Source: Basidiobolus ranarum (Eukaryota). Taken from it: DNA of 59,311 nt. Positions 26,579 to 40,461 of this stretch are shown here, in pieces (the stretch's first letter is position 1; the number at the start of each line of letters is the position of its first letter). The position numbers and the translations under genes are program-made. The notes beneath the pieces are model-generated. The model had not been told where the DNA came from. It saw only the letters and a program-made list of their open reading frames with translations, and ran no database searches. The DNA is taken from assembly GCA_040143965.1 (NCBI GenBank), contig JASJQH010000008.1, forward strand, positions 1 to 59,311, written 5' to 3'.

Positions 26579-28052
26579 TCAATCGATCTCCCAACGTTCT
26601 GAATTACACCCAGATTCACGTAATGTTTGGGCACCTTGCTCGAATCTCGGGCTAATGGATTCTCGACGTTCATCGTAAGCTTCAACTAGAAAAGAGATTG
26701 GTTAGTTAATGGTTAACGGTAGATAATACACAAAAGCATTCGACTAACTTTGTTCACGCAACCCTTTGCCAAAATTGGAGCAGCATATCCAGGTATTGAC
26801 TATAGTTGTTATGATCAATATCATGGTCATGATATCTACAAAGAAAATAATGAATAAGAGGCGTAGATAAGATGGGTGGACCGTATCAATATGTTGACGG
26901 TAACTTACTGAAAAAAGTCAGATATTCTCGGGAATCCGAAAATCGATCGTCTGGCTGATACATCTTAACGAACTTGTAAATACAATATACAATCACCAAG
27001 GCTAAGCATCCCATAAAGAAGTACATGATAGCTTTGTTTTCTTTGTGCAACTAAGAGTTAAAGAAATCAAAACATTAATAAATTAGTCGCAACTCGAATT
27101 CTTCTCTAACTCACCGCATAAGATGCCAATGCCAAGAGTACTACACTAGCTGGAATGGCAACAGTAATTTGAATCCAAGTCTCTACATCGCGGCTATTAT
27201 ATACTAGGGTTGCCAATTGAACTGAGTACCCAATGAAAAAAAACATATCCAACTTTAGTAGAGTCAACAGAATCTGGTAAGCCTTGTACATTCCTAACAA
27301 CATACGGGCGTTCAGTTAGCAATAACTCTCATGATTTCCAACAAAACGAATGAACTTACGTCGAATCTCTAAGTTGGCTCCTAATCTCTTGAATATTTTC
27401 CAACCGAATTCTTTGTAAATCTCCCAAGTCAATCCGGTGAATGCGATTGAACACGAGGTAATGACTATGATCACCGCCAACTCGAGTAATCGACTATCCT
27501 CATATAGTCCACGAGATACTCCAGTAGCCTGATATTTCAAATACAATAGCACACTAAATCCAAGCAATACGTAATTGAAAACGGTGAAGGCAATAGCTTG
27601 AATGGTATTCTTGTGTACCATCTGAAGATAATATTAGTTTTTGAAGTATTGACCATGTGACGAAAGTACTGCAGACTTACGGCTTCCCAACAAATTATGA
27701 ATGCAAATAATTGAGCGACCATCATGATTACGTGGTAAATGATAATACTATTAGAGTTATTATCTAGGTCAAGACGTAGTCGATATATGGTGATGACTAT
27801 CTCCAGTGCAGTTACTGTAATTCCCTGCAGCATTGCTACCAACATAGTCAAACGTGACCACGTAGAACTAGGAAGCTAAAAGAAGCCTCAACTTAGCTCA
27901 GTTGTTCACTAAAAATGAGATATACGTAAACTGCTTACCCATGCTGGCTTCTTCTTACCATTCGCATTGGCCCCTCCTAGAGAAAATAGTCCACCGTTTT
28001 GATTTGAGGTTAAGTCTTCTAAGGTTGAAGTTCGTTGTGGAGAACCGGGCAT
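26579..28052 (-). CDS. Polytopic membrane protein (UPF0658-like fungal family), multi-exon
   Basis: LPSSTWSRL, HKNTIQAIAF, IYKEFGWKIFKRLGANLEIRR, YQILLTLLKLDMFFFIG, ICCSNFGKGLRE, C-terminal RWEID*. Confidence 0.75.
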
Positions 28053-28855
28053 ATTCAAATGTGGATATCAATACAACAAAATTCCACTACTGAAGTCCCA
28101 AAATATATAAGAAAATGAAGTAAAGGAGTGTCGTTGAATTAAACTCAAAAATTATTGTAAAGGAATTAAAAAAACGGAATAGAGTATTTCCAAAAACAAG
28201 ATGCAAGGTTCTAAAGTTACTCTAGAAAGATATACCTATTAGATTAGAGTAGAATGAATACTCATTCAAGTTTCTGTTAGGGTATGTGAATTATCAAAAG
28301 GTGTGCAAGTGGAAGATAACTCATTTTTCTTATTAACATCATAAATCAAATCAAAGGCATTGGGGGTTGCAGTCGAGTGAGCATTCTCACCACCATCTTT
28401 ATTGTCGCTACCTAATCAAGAAAAGAGGAGATGACGAGTGAGGTAGATCGCTGAGATGGAGTCAAAATAAATTAAAGACCTAGCACAGAGTGGCATGAAT
28501 TTGGGTTTTCACCTGTATTGGCAGATTAGAACTACTCTTATTATTCACCTGTATGGATTTGTAATTGGTCTTATTCTTCATTTGTATATGCCAGCCGGAG
28601 TAGTAATCGGAAAATTCTTTGCTGCTCCTATTCTAGTATTTACGATGAAACTAGGCTGAAACTGGCCATGTATTTATATATATAAATATTAATGTACATA
28701 CCAACTAAATATAGATGTTTACATTGACGTAATGTCAAAGCCTACCCTTACCCTAATTTTAGAGTCGAAACTTAAATCAGCTATTGAATATTAATAAATA
28801 ACCCTAACCCTAGGAACTACAAAGGAAATTCTAATATGAGGCACATAAGGAAGTA

Positions 28856-31800
28856 CTAAATGGTGCAATATTTATAAAGTAGCTGTTGGGCCAGGCCCGG
28901 TGATCCGCTAAATGATGTATAAATATTTGCCAGGTTGTAGGCCGCTTCCCGACTAAGATCCGTAGGATCATCCCCTACATCCAGAGCAACGCCATTAGAT
29001 TCCTAAGTTGAGACTTCAGTCAGTAGCGTCAAAATAGAAAGATTCCATAATATTTAGTGTTACATTAATACTGAGTCCTGCCATAGATTTTTGCATGGAA
29101 GGTAGAGTAAAGACTCGTTCGTAATGCGGAACAGCCAAGTGAAACAACCCTAAGAAACAAAAAGTAAATATGAGCTTCTATTCGAGTCTATTGTTGTTCA
29201 AGTTAATTACCTAATTGATGAAAAGCTCTAGCTAAATTGTATTCTGCCTCTTGACTTCCTTCACGTAGCTGATGATATTTGAAGAGAAAAGTAAATCCCT
29301 AATAAAAAATCGATTTCGTGAGAAGAAGTTCAAAAGTAAACACAACATATCATAATCGATCAGCCTTACTTGCATAATTTGTAAATGCCTATTATCTGTT
29401 TGCCGTTGCATAGCCCGATGAATGTAAGCGAGGCCAAGAGATAAACTAATTAGAGGATCATCTGGGGATAAAGTATAGGCTCGGGTGTAGTAACCTAAAG
29501 AATTACCTTTTAGTTGGTGATATTTTCATTGCCGTTCACAATTATCTAATTAGTAGCTTACCGATGGCAGGTACATAACTTCTAGCACAATGTAAAATAT
29601 GCCCATACAACGTTAATAATAAAGGGTTACGTTTGTTAATGGTCAAGTTGTCTTTTGTATTTTCCTTTTGCTCTACGGTTTGTTCAATCGGTGCAATATT
29701 AGACTGGTTATTGGGCTGCGAAGAGCGAGAGTTATCTACACTAAAGTCCATAGTTTTGATTTGGCGAAGGAAGTACTTTTGAGAGTTGGCAGAGGCGTAC
29801 ACAGAGGTTGCTGAAGTACCACTACAGATAGTGAACGAAGGTTGAGTCAACAGTAAAAAAACATCGAATATAGATTACTAACCTAGACATTGCAGCAGAA
29901 TACATCTTGTACGAATTATCGTGAAACGGATGGTAGCTACACAGCCAACGGGCTACCTCACACGCCTTCTCATTGTTATGGCAGTGTAGCGAAATTGCTG
30001 TTAATCAGAATTGGTTAGAAGGTAAGAAAGTAATTGTAGTGTATTTGCAAAGGATACCTAAGATGATCATCTTAATTGCTATTTTCGTAGGTTCATGATG
30101 GTAATAAACGTTGGCTTCTCCAACCGTTTTTAAAAGATCATACGCTTCTTCTTGACGACCGAAACTGGCTAATGTGATTGCATACTAAACATCATATATT
30201 TAGATATATTAAATAGTGGATAGATACATAACTATGATCCAAACCTTCACAAACATATCAAACCATTCTTCAAACGAAAAACTACGGAAGCTAGTGGGAA
30301 TTGTTTTTTCATCTTCATTCTCATTTATGCCTTAATATCAGAAAATCAATTAAATGCTTCGAATACGAGTATAACTATATTTTCTTCATACCGTTAGATT
30401 GGGAGCCAAATCTAGGGGGATTTGTATTGAATTGGGAACCATCGCCAGCTACAGTTAAAAAGAATAAATAAATATGGTTAGGACGAAGTAAGTATGTAAA
30501 TATAACTACCTGTAGAGTGCTTCAGTCTGGCAACCATAAACTTGACTTGCTCGTCGAGTGTAGCCCACTTAACACGGTCGCGAAAGCCAGTAAAGCGTTT
30601 CATCTATAGATACATCACACATTTAAGAGAGGGATATAAGCGGTATGTATTAGAGTTGAAAGCTTACTCTGTCAGACGGATAGAACGCTTTTGTATCGCG
30701 AAAGTCATCGAACAAACACTGTGCTGTATCAAAGTATTCATTCTACAATGGTATAAAATATGGTAAGCCGTCATCGTCTTGATAATGCATTTCTTACTAA
30801 AGCTTCATATTACTCTGGCTTTTTCATCTGTAGCAAGTCTGCTCATAAGCAAGCCGAGTTTTTGGAATTTAATCTTTGTGTCTCGCTCCGCTTCCTGTTC
30901 TTGCTGTAATCGAGCGGCACGAGTTGCCGCATTTTTAGCCTTCAACGCCTCCCATCGACTGGATTCGACGTTGAAGATTGAAAAGTTGTTAATGGCTGAG
31001 TTTTCAATATTCTCTGGTTCTTGATCTTTGCTCTCAGATAAGGAAGCTAAAGTACGAGCGGCTTTTCGTGCTTCGTCAACTAGTGGATGATATTAGAAAT
31101 TAAGTTACGAGATATTAAAACAATAGCCTTTACCTTCAATAACCAGTTCAAGTGCTCTTTCTTCTTCTCCCAACTCCTCGTAAATTTCCGCAAGTGCAAT
31201 CTTGTTGTCCAAATCTTCTGGTATAGCTTCAACGGCTAGTGTTTCAAACGAATGTAAGTTACCTCTAATACACGTGTTAATACTAAAGTAGCAGAAACAT
31301 ACCCGCAGTGTAAAGTTCAACGGCACTATCCAAATTCCCTAATTCGCGATGGCAGATGGCCATTTGAACCCATGCGATTGGACCATCAGTCTACAGTGTA
31401 GTAATATAGTATAATCAATATCTTCCCGATACAAAATAAGATCGAAATACCACAAGAAAACATACCACTTCATGGTTTATAATTTCCTCATAAACAGCTA
31501 GGGCCTCTTCAAACATTCGCTTCTCCATATATGTCTCCGCCACTTCATGGTATAAATCAGCATATTTCTCGATTGAATTTTTGAATAAATACTTGAAATG
31601 AATCTTCAGAATAAACAAAGGTAAGCCTAAATTCATCATCTTGTGGGAAACAACACATCAATCAAATAGTAAATCATACTTTGGCTTGGTTAACTTGGCC
31701 TAACATTAGACGACATTCCCCTAACTTCGCCCTTAATTCTAGTGGTAGAACTGATGCTATACCCGAGGTAGGAGTTTCGTCGAATTCACGGTCATCTTCT

Positions 31801-33332
31801 ACAGTATCCCACCAAACTTCCTTGTCTCGACCGTGAAGTTTTCGAACACCGCGCTTAAGTGAATGTATCGCTTTCTCAAAATCACCCATCATCATATACA
31901 ACTCAACCATGATATTTAGATCCGAATAATCAAAGCCAAATATATCAGCAGCATTGTTGAGGGTAACAGGGGTATGTATAGATTGAGTTGCTTCACGTTG
32001 CAAGTAATGAGACAATGCCTCTTCGAAAAATGTGATGGCTGAGTTAAGATCATTGATTTGAATATATATTCGCGTTAACTCGCGGATCACGTTCATATGG
32101 TATGGAACATACTGAAGGATGCTTTTGTATCCCTCAATAGCCTGAATAATGTTTCAATCAACGTTAACGATTTGTTGGCTTCTAAAAAAAATAGAGCAAT
32201 AAAGATCGAACCTTTCTCAACTGCCCAGAATCTGCATAAAGAAATGAACGATCCCATATGGCATCAACATCATGATAGTCCGCGCTGATCGCACGTGAGA
32301 AACAATAGATGGCCTGTTGAACTGCGCCTTGTTTCCTATAGAATTCAAGTGAATCCGGTTTAGAGATTAAGTAAATATAAGTTAGAACCGTTCACTATAA
32401 GCATACTTCGACATTAAGCCAAGTCTTTTCCAAAGTGCTCCATCCTTCAATGTCAAGTGAGCTGCAACAAGATATAGCTGAAGTGCCTTATCCTCATTTC
32501 CCAACTCCTCTTGAATCATACCCAACGTAAACCAAGCTTTATGTACATTAGGAGAAAGTCGAATGATTTCTTGTAATGTTCCAATTGCCTCGGTATATTT
32601 TTGTTCAACATACAACAAGTTAGCTTCACCAAGCATTCTTTGAATTTCAGGCGTCAGGTTAGGGTCCTTTCGTGTCCGACCTCTTTTTCCCTAAAAGTAG
32701 GTCACAATATCGATAAACACGAAACTATATTGCAAAGCTAGACTAAAAGACCTTTACCTCACGTTTAACTTTACCAATACCTGTGGATACTTTCAAATCA
32801 TTTCGAAATTCTTGAATCGCATTGTCGACATCTTCCCAATTTTCCGGGAAACTCTCTTGTCCCGTAAGATTACCACCTGAAGCTTGAGCGGCGGTCATCC
32901 AGCGACTGCACGTATTTTATAGTAATAGAATATTGGTGTAAGTTATAATAATATCCAGATCCAACGCTCATTTGACATAAACTACCTAACAGCTCCCGGT
33001 ATTTCGAAATCTTCTTCAGATAGTTCAGAAGGAGAAAGATTATCATGATCTTGATTCCCTTGTCCGCCGGGAACTAACCCCGTATGAATCGATATATCGC
33101 CGAATTCCTCTGCACCATGTAGGGAACTGTTTGCTGGAGAATTACTCACAGTCAAATCAGGAGTTCCTATATCAGTACTTAACAACCTCTCTATATCTGG
33201 GTTCTCTTCATTCAAGAGGGCCAAAAAAGAATCGGCGGAAGGAGAAAAGGTTGAGGTGGCAGCAGATGCGCTTGTTCCCTCTCCTGAATATTGACTTTGC
33301 TCAAAACTTCTTGAAGAATCAGTTGACTCCAT
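28856..33332 (-). CDS. TFC4: RNA polymerase III factor TFIIIC TPR subunit (Tfc4/GTF3C3), many exons
   Basis: MLGEANLLYV..AWFTLGMIQEELG..YLVAAHLT..LWKRLG, LPLELRAKLGEC, YADLYHEVAE, NPLLLTLYGHIL, AYIHRAMQRQTDNRH, EAEYNLARAFHQ, REAAYNL..YCTI*. Confidence 0.9.
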
Positions 33333-33789
33333 TCAAAAAACTTTATATGATCGAACTTTTTCTACCTCTTAACAAATCCAATACAAATAACAAGTTAGCC
33401 CTTCCCTCTCTTCTATCTTTATTTTACAAATGATTATTCAAAAATATTATAGATGAAAGTGATTTTTTATGAGCCTTTTGAGCACACTATGTTTGTATTT
33501 GATAGGTGTTTCAGTTTATGTAGATTGATGGGTAAATGCCAATATTTAAACCAAAATTCCTATGTTTTCATATACTAGCATACAAAGATGGAAGAGTTAC
33601 CGCTGATTACTGAAAATCAACTAATTGATGAAAAGGGTGGTTTGTAGCAGTTGATTCAATGGATGTAGATGAAAGTAGATGAATGTGGCAAAATGTAGGT
33701 GAAATTATATTTATTTTACAATAATCGTCGGAAATGCCCAAAAAATCAATTAACGATGCATGAACAGGAAGTGGCTCGAGTATCAACAA

Positions 33790-35964
33790 TCAATCCCCGC
33801 TTGGATTACAAATTGAGTCAGCTATATGGAAAAATAAAAGGTTAGCGCGCTTACAAAGAAAACAGTTGAACAAGATACAAACCTGATCCAGTAGAATATC
33901 TAACCCTTGAAGGGGGATTCGTCGAGTATGTGAGTTGTTGGATGATTCCGCACGTGCTCCGAGTAGAGAAACGGTGTTTGCGGCGGCCGCTAAATCTGAT
34001 AACTCTTTCTCCTTATTGAATTCATCTTCCAAGAACTTTCTAACTCTCTCACGAATTTCGTGGCGCTTCTCTTCGTTGGATGTCCGCTTTTCACTGCGTA
34101 AGCTGATCAGAGGCTCTAAATTGAGTGAGCGGCGCATTTTACCCTCGAGAGTGTCAAAGCCTGCCGCGCCCTTATTTCCTCCAAGGTTGAATTGCTTCAT
34201 CCACGCATGTTTGTCAATCAAAGAGTTTTGGGATTGAGGCCTTTGACGAACTTGAACAAGGTAATTTTTACATTGCGTTAGTTGGCTTTGCAGATTTTGT
34301 TTAAGTGCAATGATGCTGCGAAGTTGGTGAATTTGTTTTGAGACTGATGGTTCCGCCTGTTGCAACAAACTGGAAAGGTTTGGAAACTGGGCAAGCTTTG
34401 GGGCATCCTTCACTGTACCATTTTGTAATAGTAAAGTTTGTTCTTTTTCATTATAGCTGGTACCGAACGTGTGTCCCATTACCTCGATCGACATCCGCCA
34501 AAGTTTTACCATTGCAATCAAATCTAAACGTCGATCTTTGAAGGGGTTCACATTGTTCTGCAAGAAGAGCGTGGTAAGCTTTAGGAAATATAGATTGTAA
34601 AGGTGTTAATATCTTACTTTTCTGACATCTTCCTCAAGCAGTTGAAAGACTTGTGTTGGAATATTGAATGATGACAAACTTCCTTCGAGTCTGGGTTTAC
34701 TTTCAAAATCAGTCAACATGCTATTGATACTGTCTGGATTCATAATAATGGACTTGTTAGCAAATGCAGCATTGGTAATCTTGATTTGCAGCAAGTTACC
34801 CATTTGTTCAGAAGTCTCTTCAATCCAGCCTACAGATTTGTCCCAAGAATCTCTGGTTTGTTGTAAGGTAACTTTCTCAGCTTTAGTCATAGGGTATTCG
34901 ATAGATAGAAGTGGCTGTATATCTTTCTGGCTCAAGCGGAGTTTTAGCTTGTTTAAATTATCCTGGATATCGCGTTGTATTAAATAATGTAGTGCAATTC
35001 CTAGATATGTGTGTATGTTACCTGTTCCGTGACAATCTCCTCATAAGTGGAATTCAATTTGTTTGCGTTTTCAGACCAATGCTCTTGAATCTTTACTCTC
35101 TCTTGTGCATTGCTTAGAAAAGTGTCAATTTGTCTTTTTAAATGGTGCTAAAAGTAGACGAATCAATTTATGCTACCTCTATATGAAATCACGCAAAGGA
35201 TACCTACTTTAAGTGTTCTCTTTAGTGTATCAGACCCAATTTTTCTCAATGCCTCACTATTGACGTTGGAAACTGAAGAATTCAAGTTAGAGCGGTCCTG
35301 CCTAATTCTTCGAGAAAGGGAAGCACTTACTTTTGGAACGAAGATTAACATCCTTTTCCATGATAGTCTTGAGAACATAGTTGGACAAAGAGAATAATAT
35401 ATTTTCAAATCTGTACACCGGGATTCCAGTATGCAAAAGTTATTATCGCGGCTATTTTATGTTCACCCAAGACAGAAAATAGTTCATACCTTTCACCTCT
35501 GCCCTCATCAAGGTAGGACCTTCTAACTGGAGAGCCGACACATATTAGTCCATCTTTCTTCAATTGTTCTAACCATTTGAAAGCCACATTTCTGAAATCC
35601 CGTGCTTGTTTACGGTCTTCAACTGGCCAACTATCTTTGAATTTCTGCATAAATATGAACAATGAGATGATATTGCCAATTTCGAGGGAAAATGATGGTT
35701 TCCGTTTTTTACCTTACGTGTTCCGTCCTTATCAAGTCTATCGAATAAAAACCAGAGTACTTTCTCAGTGACTTTTGGTCCAGCTGGAGGTTTCCCAGCA
35801 CCTCCAGAAGCCGCAAACATATCTTTGTGTATCGTGAACTTCTCTTGGGCAAGAATGTCAGAGGTAAAATCCAAAAGTAGCAAATTGGAATAGAATATTC
35901 CCCTTTTCTGCTCAACTAACTTTTGTTGTGATACTCTACTTTTCATAGGAACTCTAGTCGTCAT
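33790..35964 (-). CDS. HAUS6: Augmin complex subunit HAUS6-like, multi-exon; 3' end approximate
   Basis: FYSNLLLLDF, EKVLWFLFDRLD..RK|KFKDSWPVEDRKQARDFRNVAFKWLEQLKK, VRRSYLDEGRGER|FE match the HAUS6 N-terminal domain; coiled-coil C-terminal exons follow. Confidence 0.8.
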
Positions 35965-36349
35965 GTTTTTCTAGGGGTATTGATTTCAACGGAAAAAAGA
36001 CTAATGAATGTATTAAACGGTCAAACAACCGAATATGTGGTTCAAAGAAAATATTGAAGCAAAAGTCTAGAGAATAATAGCACCTGTTGTCTAGAGTTAG
36101 GAGGATTTGTTTATTGTTGATATACTGAAATATTATTTAGTTAATTCGAGTTATTAAAGCCAACTCAACACCAGTTAATATTAGTTACATAAGTGATCAG
36201 GCTTAGTTTGTATTGATAAATTGTTAAAATTTGTTGGATCATAGGCCCTCAGTCATCGGAGAAAAAAAATTCAAGTGGGGATTGAATAAAGTGTGAATGC
36301 GATTCATGGATTTGCCTTCTTTCCCTACTTGGTGTCGTAGACGTTAAAG

Positions 36350-36905
36350 ATGGTAAGTAATGATTTTCCACAATGGTGGTGCAATGGATGGATGGATGCA
36401 TATCTCCCCAGATTCGATAACTAACTCTCGCTTATTATTGTAGTCTCTCGTCGTTCCTGATAAGAACCAGTTCCAGCACATTATCCGTCTTCTTAACACC
36501 AACATCGAAGGTAGAACCAAGGTCGTTTTCGCCTTGACTGCTATCAAGGGTGTTGGTAGACGTTACTCTACCATGGTATGCAAGAAGGCCGATATTGACC
36601 TTACTAAGCGCGCTGGTGAATTAACCAACGAAGAATTGGAACGTATCGTTACTATCATCCAAAACCCCCTTCAATACAAGATCCCCAAATGGTTCCTTAA
36701 CAGACAAAAGGATATCGTTGACGGCAAGTATACCCAAGTCTTGGCTAACGGTCTTGATAACAAGTTCCGTGAAGATTTGGAACGTATGAAGAAGATCCGC
36801 GCTCATCGTGGTCTTCGTCACTACTGGGGTCTCCGTGTCCGCGGTCAACATACCAAGACCACTGGTAGAAGAGGAAGAACCGTTGGTGTCTCCAAGAAGA
36901 AATAA
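36350..36905 (+). CDS. RPS18: 40S ribosomal protein S18 (uS13); intron directly after the ATG
   Basis: [66 protein letters not shown]; intron 36353-36443. Confidence 0.97.
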
Positions 36906-37213
36906 ATTTCTCTTTGATTACCTTGACCTCCTCATCTGTTTCCATATTACTTCTTACATTTGGAACAATAAAATTACATTCAAAGCTACTCTAAAAGTGT
37001 ACTCAGTATTATATAATAATAAATTAAACATCTTTTCCGAAAGGAGCATCCAAAAATAATCATCTATACTTGCCGCAATCTTGTTTTTTTCTTCCAACAT
37101 ACGTTCGATATCCCTGAAAGAAAAAATAAAATATCAGCGATGCATAACTTAAACCAAAAATATATATCACAACCTTGGTCGAGCTCTCCAGTATCACATT
37201 TCAAGTAGCCAGC

Positions 37214-37846
37214 ATGATTTCTACTCCTTCGAAAACCCTGCTAAAAGAGTGCCCTCATTGTTCACAAAAGATCACAAGACAACGTGTGAGCTTCGATTTT
37301 GACTTCTTTATGTGCGAAAACATCCAGGTATCTTGATGTTTGTTGTTGTTTACCTCTACTAGAATTGTTTACTAATGGATTCTTTTGTAGTGCTCATTTC
37401 CTTTCAATACTATTGATTGCGATGAATATCTCATTGGCGACCGCTCTGCCCCTCTTGAAATAAAGAAGATCAAAAAACGTAAGGCCAATCCATCCGACTT
37501 GAATAAGACCAAAGGTTCGAAACCAAAAACTTCAATCACAGTTGCAGAACAGACACAACCATCAAATTACGCCGGCAAGCTTACGAAGAATTTGGCAGGC
37601 TCTACTATAGATTACTCTAACAACGCTTTAATGGACCTCGACAAACTTTTATCACCAGAGCACCTTCTTCCTACTTCTTGCGCCGAAAGTCACAGAGCTA
37701 CAGGTGTAAACAATTCATATTCACTAGAAGATATCGAACAGTTGTTAAATTCGTCAACTCAATTTGATCTTTCAGAATTTGATTCAAGTTTTACGAACAT
37801 ATTGGATGATTTGAATTATACTATCGAAAACCCTACAATTGCTTGA
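37214..37846 (+). CDS. Unknown protein with an N-terminal Cys4 zinc-ribbon-like motif, basic NLS-like stretch and acidic tail (2 exons)
   Basis: MISTPSKTLLKECPHCSQK..FFMCENIQ|CSFPFN..KKIKKRK.. continues in frame into ORF 37499-37846. Confidence 0.65.
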
Positions 37847-38485
37847 AAGTGTTGTAAGAACGACTTATCACCCATCTTTATTATTCCTAACGATTTGTTA
37901 ACATTACTTAACTCAAAAGTTTACTAGAAATCTTTTGAGAACAACCAACCGTAACTCTTTAACAAAGTCCTGGTGGTCTAATGATCAGGACGTGTTTTAG
38001 ATGAGTACGGAACATGAAAAGCACAGATATTTCACCTATATTCACTGTGTTTTTCTGAACTACGACGCTGTTGCATCAGAACACTTAGTTCGTACAACCA
38101 CAGCACACATCCTCTTGGCCCTATCCATGGCTCTGAGTGTGGGTAAATCCAGTTCGTATTCTTCTATATATATATACTTTTAATGAACTTTCTTGTGATT
38201 CTAGTGGTCTTTGTTGATGATATCTCTTGCATATTATTGACAAAAAATAAAGCAACACATCTCAATTCTAGGTATAAACACGCCCGCATTTACTCCGCTT
38301 GGTAGCCAGTGTTAAGCAAGTTATGTGTATGTATATAGCTTTCTCAGGTAATGAAAGCCATGTTTATTCATCCAATGATCTAGTTAATTGAAGATTTATT
38401 GTGCACGTTGTCCTTTATATCAATGAACCATTACTACGTTGGTTAGCTTATACTCTAGAGGTGATTTCTAACATGGTTGACGATG

Positions 38486-39722
38486 TTACAATGACATTCC
38501 ACCATCCACCACCAAGGTCTGTGATTATATTAAGAAGTGTAAGTTAAATTGGTCAGATAGCAACATGAATACCATATTACCTGGCCAGTAATGTATTTTG
38601 CATGAGCCAAAAACATAGCAGTATCAGCAATTTCCTATTCATATATTAGATTTCGTACGACAGAAGAATAAACGAGCACTCAAATTACCTCAGGCGATCC
38701 AAATCTTTTCAGAGCAATGTTTTGTATTAACTCGAGCTTCTTTGCTTCAGAGATATCTGGAGAAACAGAAGCAAGTAAGTATCGTTATATATAGTAAAGA
38801 GAAGGCCAATCCACCTACCGCTTGTCATGTCAGTATTGATAAAGCCCGGTGCAATCGCATTAACGCGAATATTCTTGGGGCCTAACTCTTTAGCTAGTGA
38901 CTTGGTGAAACCTTTAAAGAAAAGAAACATTAAATATATCGATATCGATAGCCTATGAATCGACGGAATTTCTGATGTACCTATTAGACCGGCCTTAGAA
39001 GCGCTATATACTGATTGACCAGTATTTCCATAAAGACCAACAACGCTTGATAGATTGATGATACAACCTTATGAATAGATATGTAAATATTTAATATTCA
39101 AGCAAAGAGAGTGGATCCTTACCTTCTTTCGACTTCAGCATTGGCTTCAGCAGATTTTTGGACATGTTTATTGCTCCAACAAGATTAGTATTTAGTACAG
39201 TATTAATATCTGATTGGCGCACTCGAGCAAGCAATCCATCCTGAGATATCCCTAAAGTGTTATGAGTCAAATATCCAATTTTGTGATAATAGAAGCAAGA
39301 GAACTTTGCTTACCAGCTGCGTTAATCAAACACTTTACTGGCCCATTTGCCGAGATTTCCTGTATTTTTAAAGTTCATAACCGCTCTAACAAACGTATTG
39401 CTTCTAATTTATATCAAATACCTTACAAACAGATTCTACTTGTTCGACTTGACTCACATCACAAACAAGACCAACATGCTCATCAGACCTAGTTAGCTCT
39501 CTTAGCTCTTGTTGAACCTTTTTCACACTTTCTGCATTTCTTGATAGTATAAATACTTGATTTCCATGTGAAGCGAACGACTTGGCTATACTTAAACCGA
39601 TGCCACGAGTACCACCAGTCACCACCACAGACCCGTTTTTAAACACTAATGATATAAACAACGAGTTTTGCTTGAGCAATGACTACGATATGGTGCTTTA
39701 ATAAAAAAATCCTACCAGTCAT
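38486..39722 (-). CDS. Short-chain dehydrogenase, 3-oxoacyl-ACP reductase (FabG/CBR4-like), multi-exon
   Basis: [79 protein letters not shown]. Confidence 0.92.
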
Positions 39723-40007
39723 TCTATCCTTTACTAAAATACTTGGCAGTGTCAAACCAAGTTTTCAATATGTAGTTAAAGTGATTGTGAATGCCAAGAT
39801 TATAATCAGAATTTAGTTTGAATCAACATGATGCAAAATTTTGTAGAGGTAATACGATAATTTGAATTTAAACAAGATCTTCCGTGAGATATATAAAATT
39901 TATGCTGGGAATTTTTTTTTCAGTAAAAAAAGTGTCTTTTGAATTCAATATATCTTAGACTATTTAGAGTTCCTCTCGTACTCTGTCAAAAGAAGACTTT
40001 AGAAAAG

Positions 40008-40461
40008 ATGAGTCTCAAAATAAACCTTCAGTTCAGGTATTTTACTCTTACATATATTCAATTATGTAGAAAACTATCTAAAAACCAAGTAGACCTAGTT
40101 TCTAACCAAATTTTATGCATAGCGGCGGAATGGAACTTTTGTTCGATAATGAGAAAGAGAAAGTAGTTGAAATTAGTGCAGTCAATGCTAAGGGACAACC
40201 TACTAATTTAGAGGACCTTATCGCCTACATCAAAGATAACGTTCTTTGCGAAAGACCCGAACTTTTTGTTAGTGAAAACACAGTGTAAGCAGAGATCATA
40301 AGTTTTCGGCTATTAGAATGAATTTACTTAACCAAATTATTAGTCGTCCCGGTATTCTCGTGTTAATCAACGACGCTGATTGGGAATTGGAAGGAGAACT
40401 TGAATATCAACTTCAAAATAACGACGAGATTGTGTTCATCTCTACACTTCATGGTGGTTAA
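40008..40461 (+). CDS. URM1: Ubiquitin-related modifier Urm1, 3 exons, missed by the ORF track
   Basis: [57 protein letters not shown]. Confidence 0.95.

Noticed and set aside
28741-28814. Telomere-like CCCTTACCCTAA / ACCCTAACCCTAG
   Set aside because: Only about two units each; too short to call an interstitial telomere or a binding site
36250-36272. Homol-D-like CAGTCA and an A-rich motif upstream of RPS18
   Set aside because: Imperfect short matches expected by chance in AT-rich DNA
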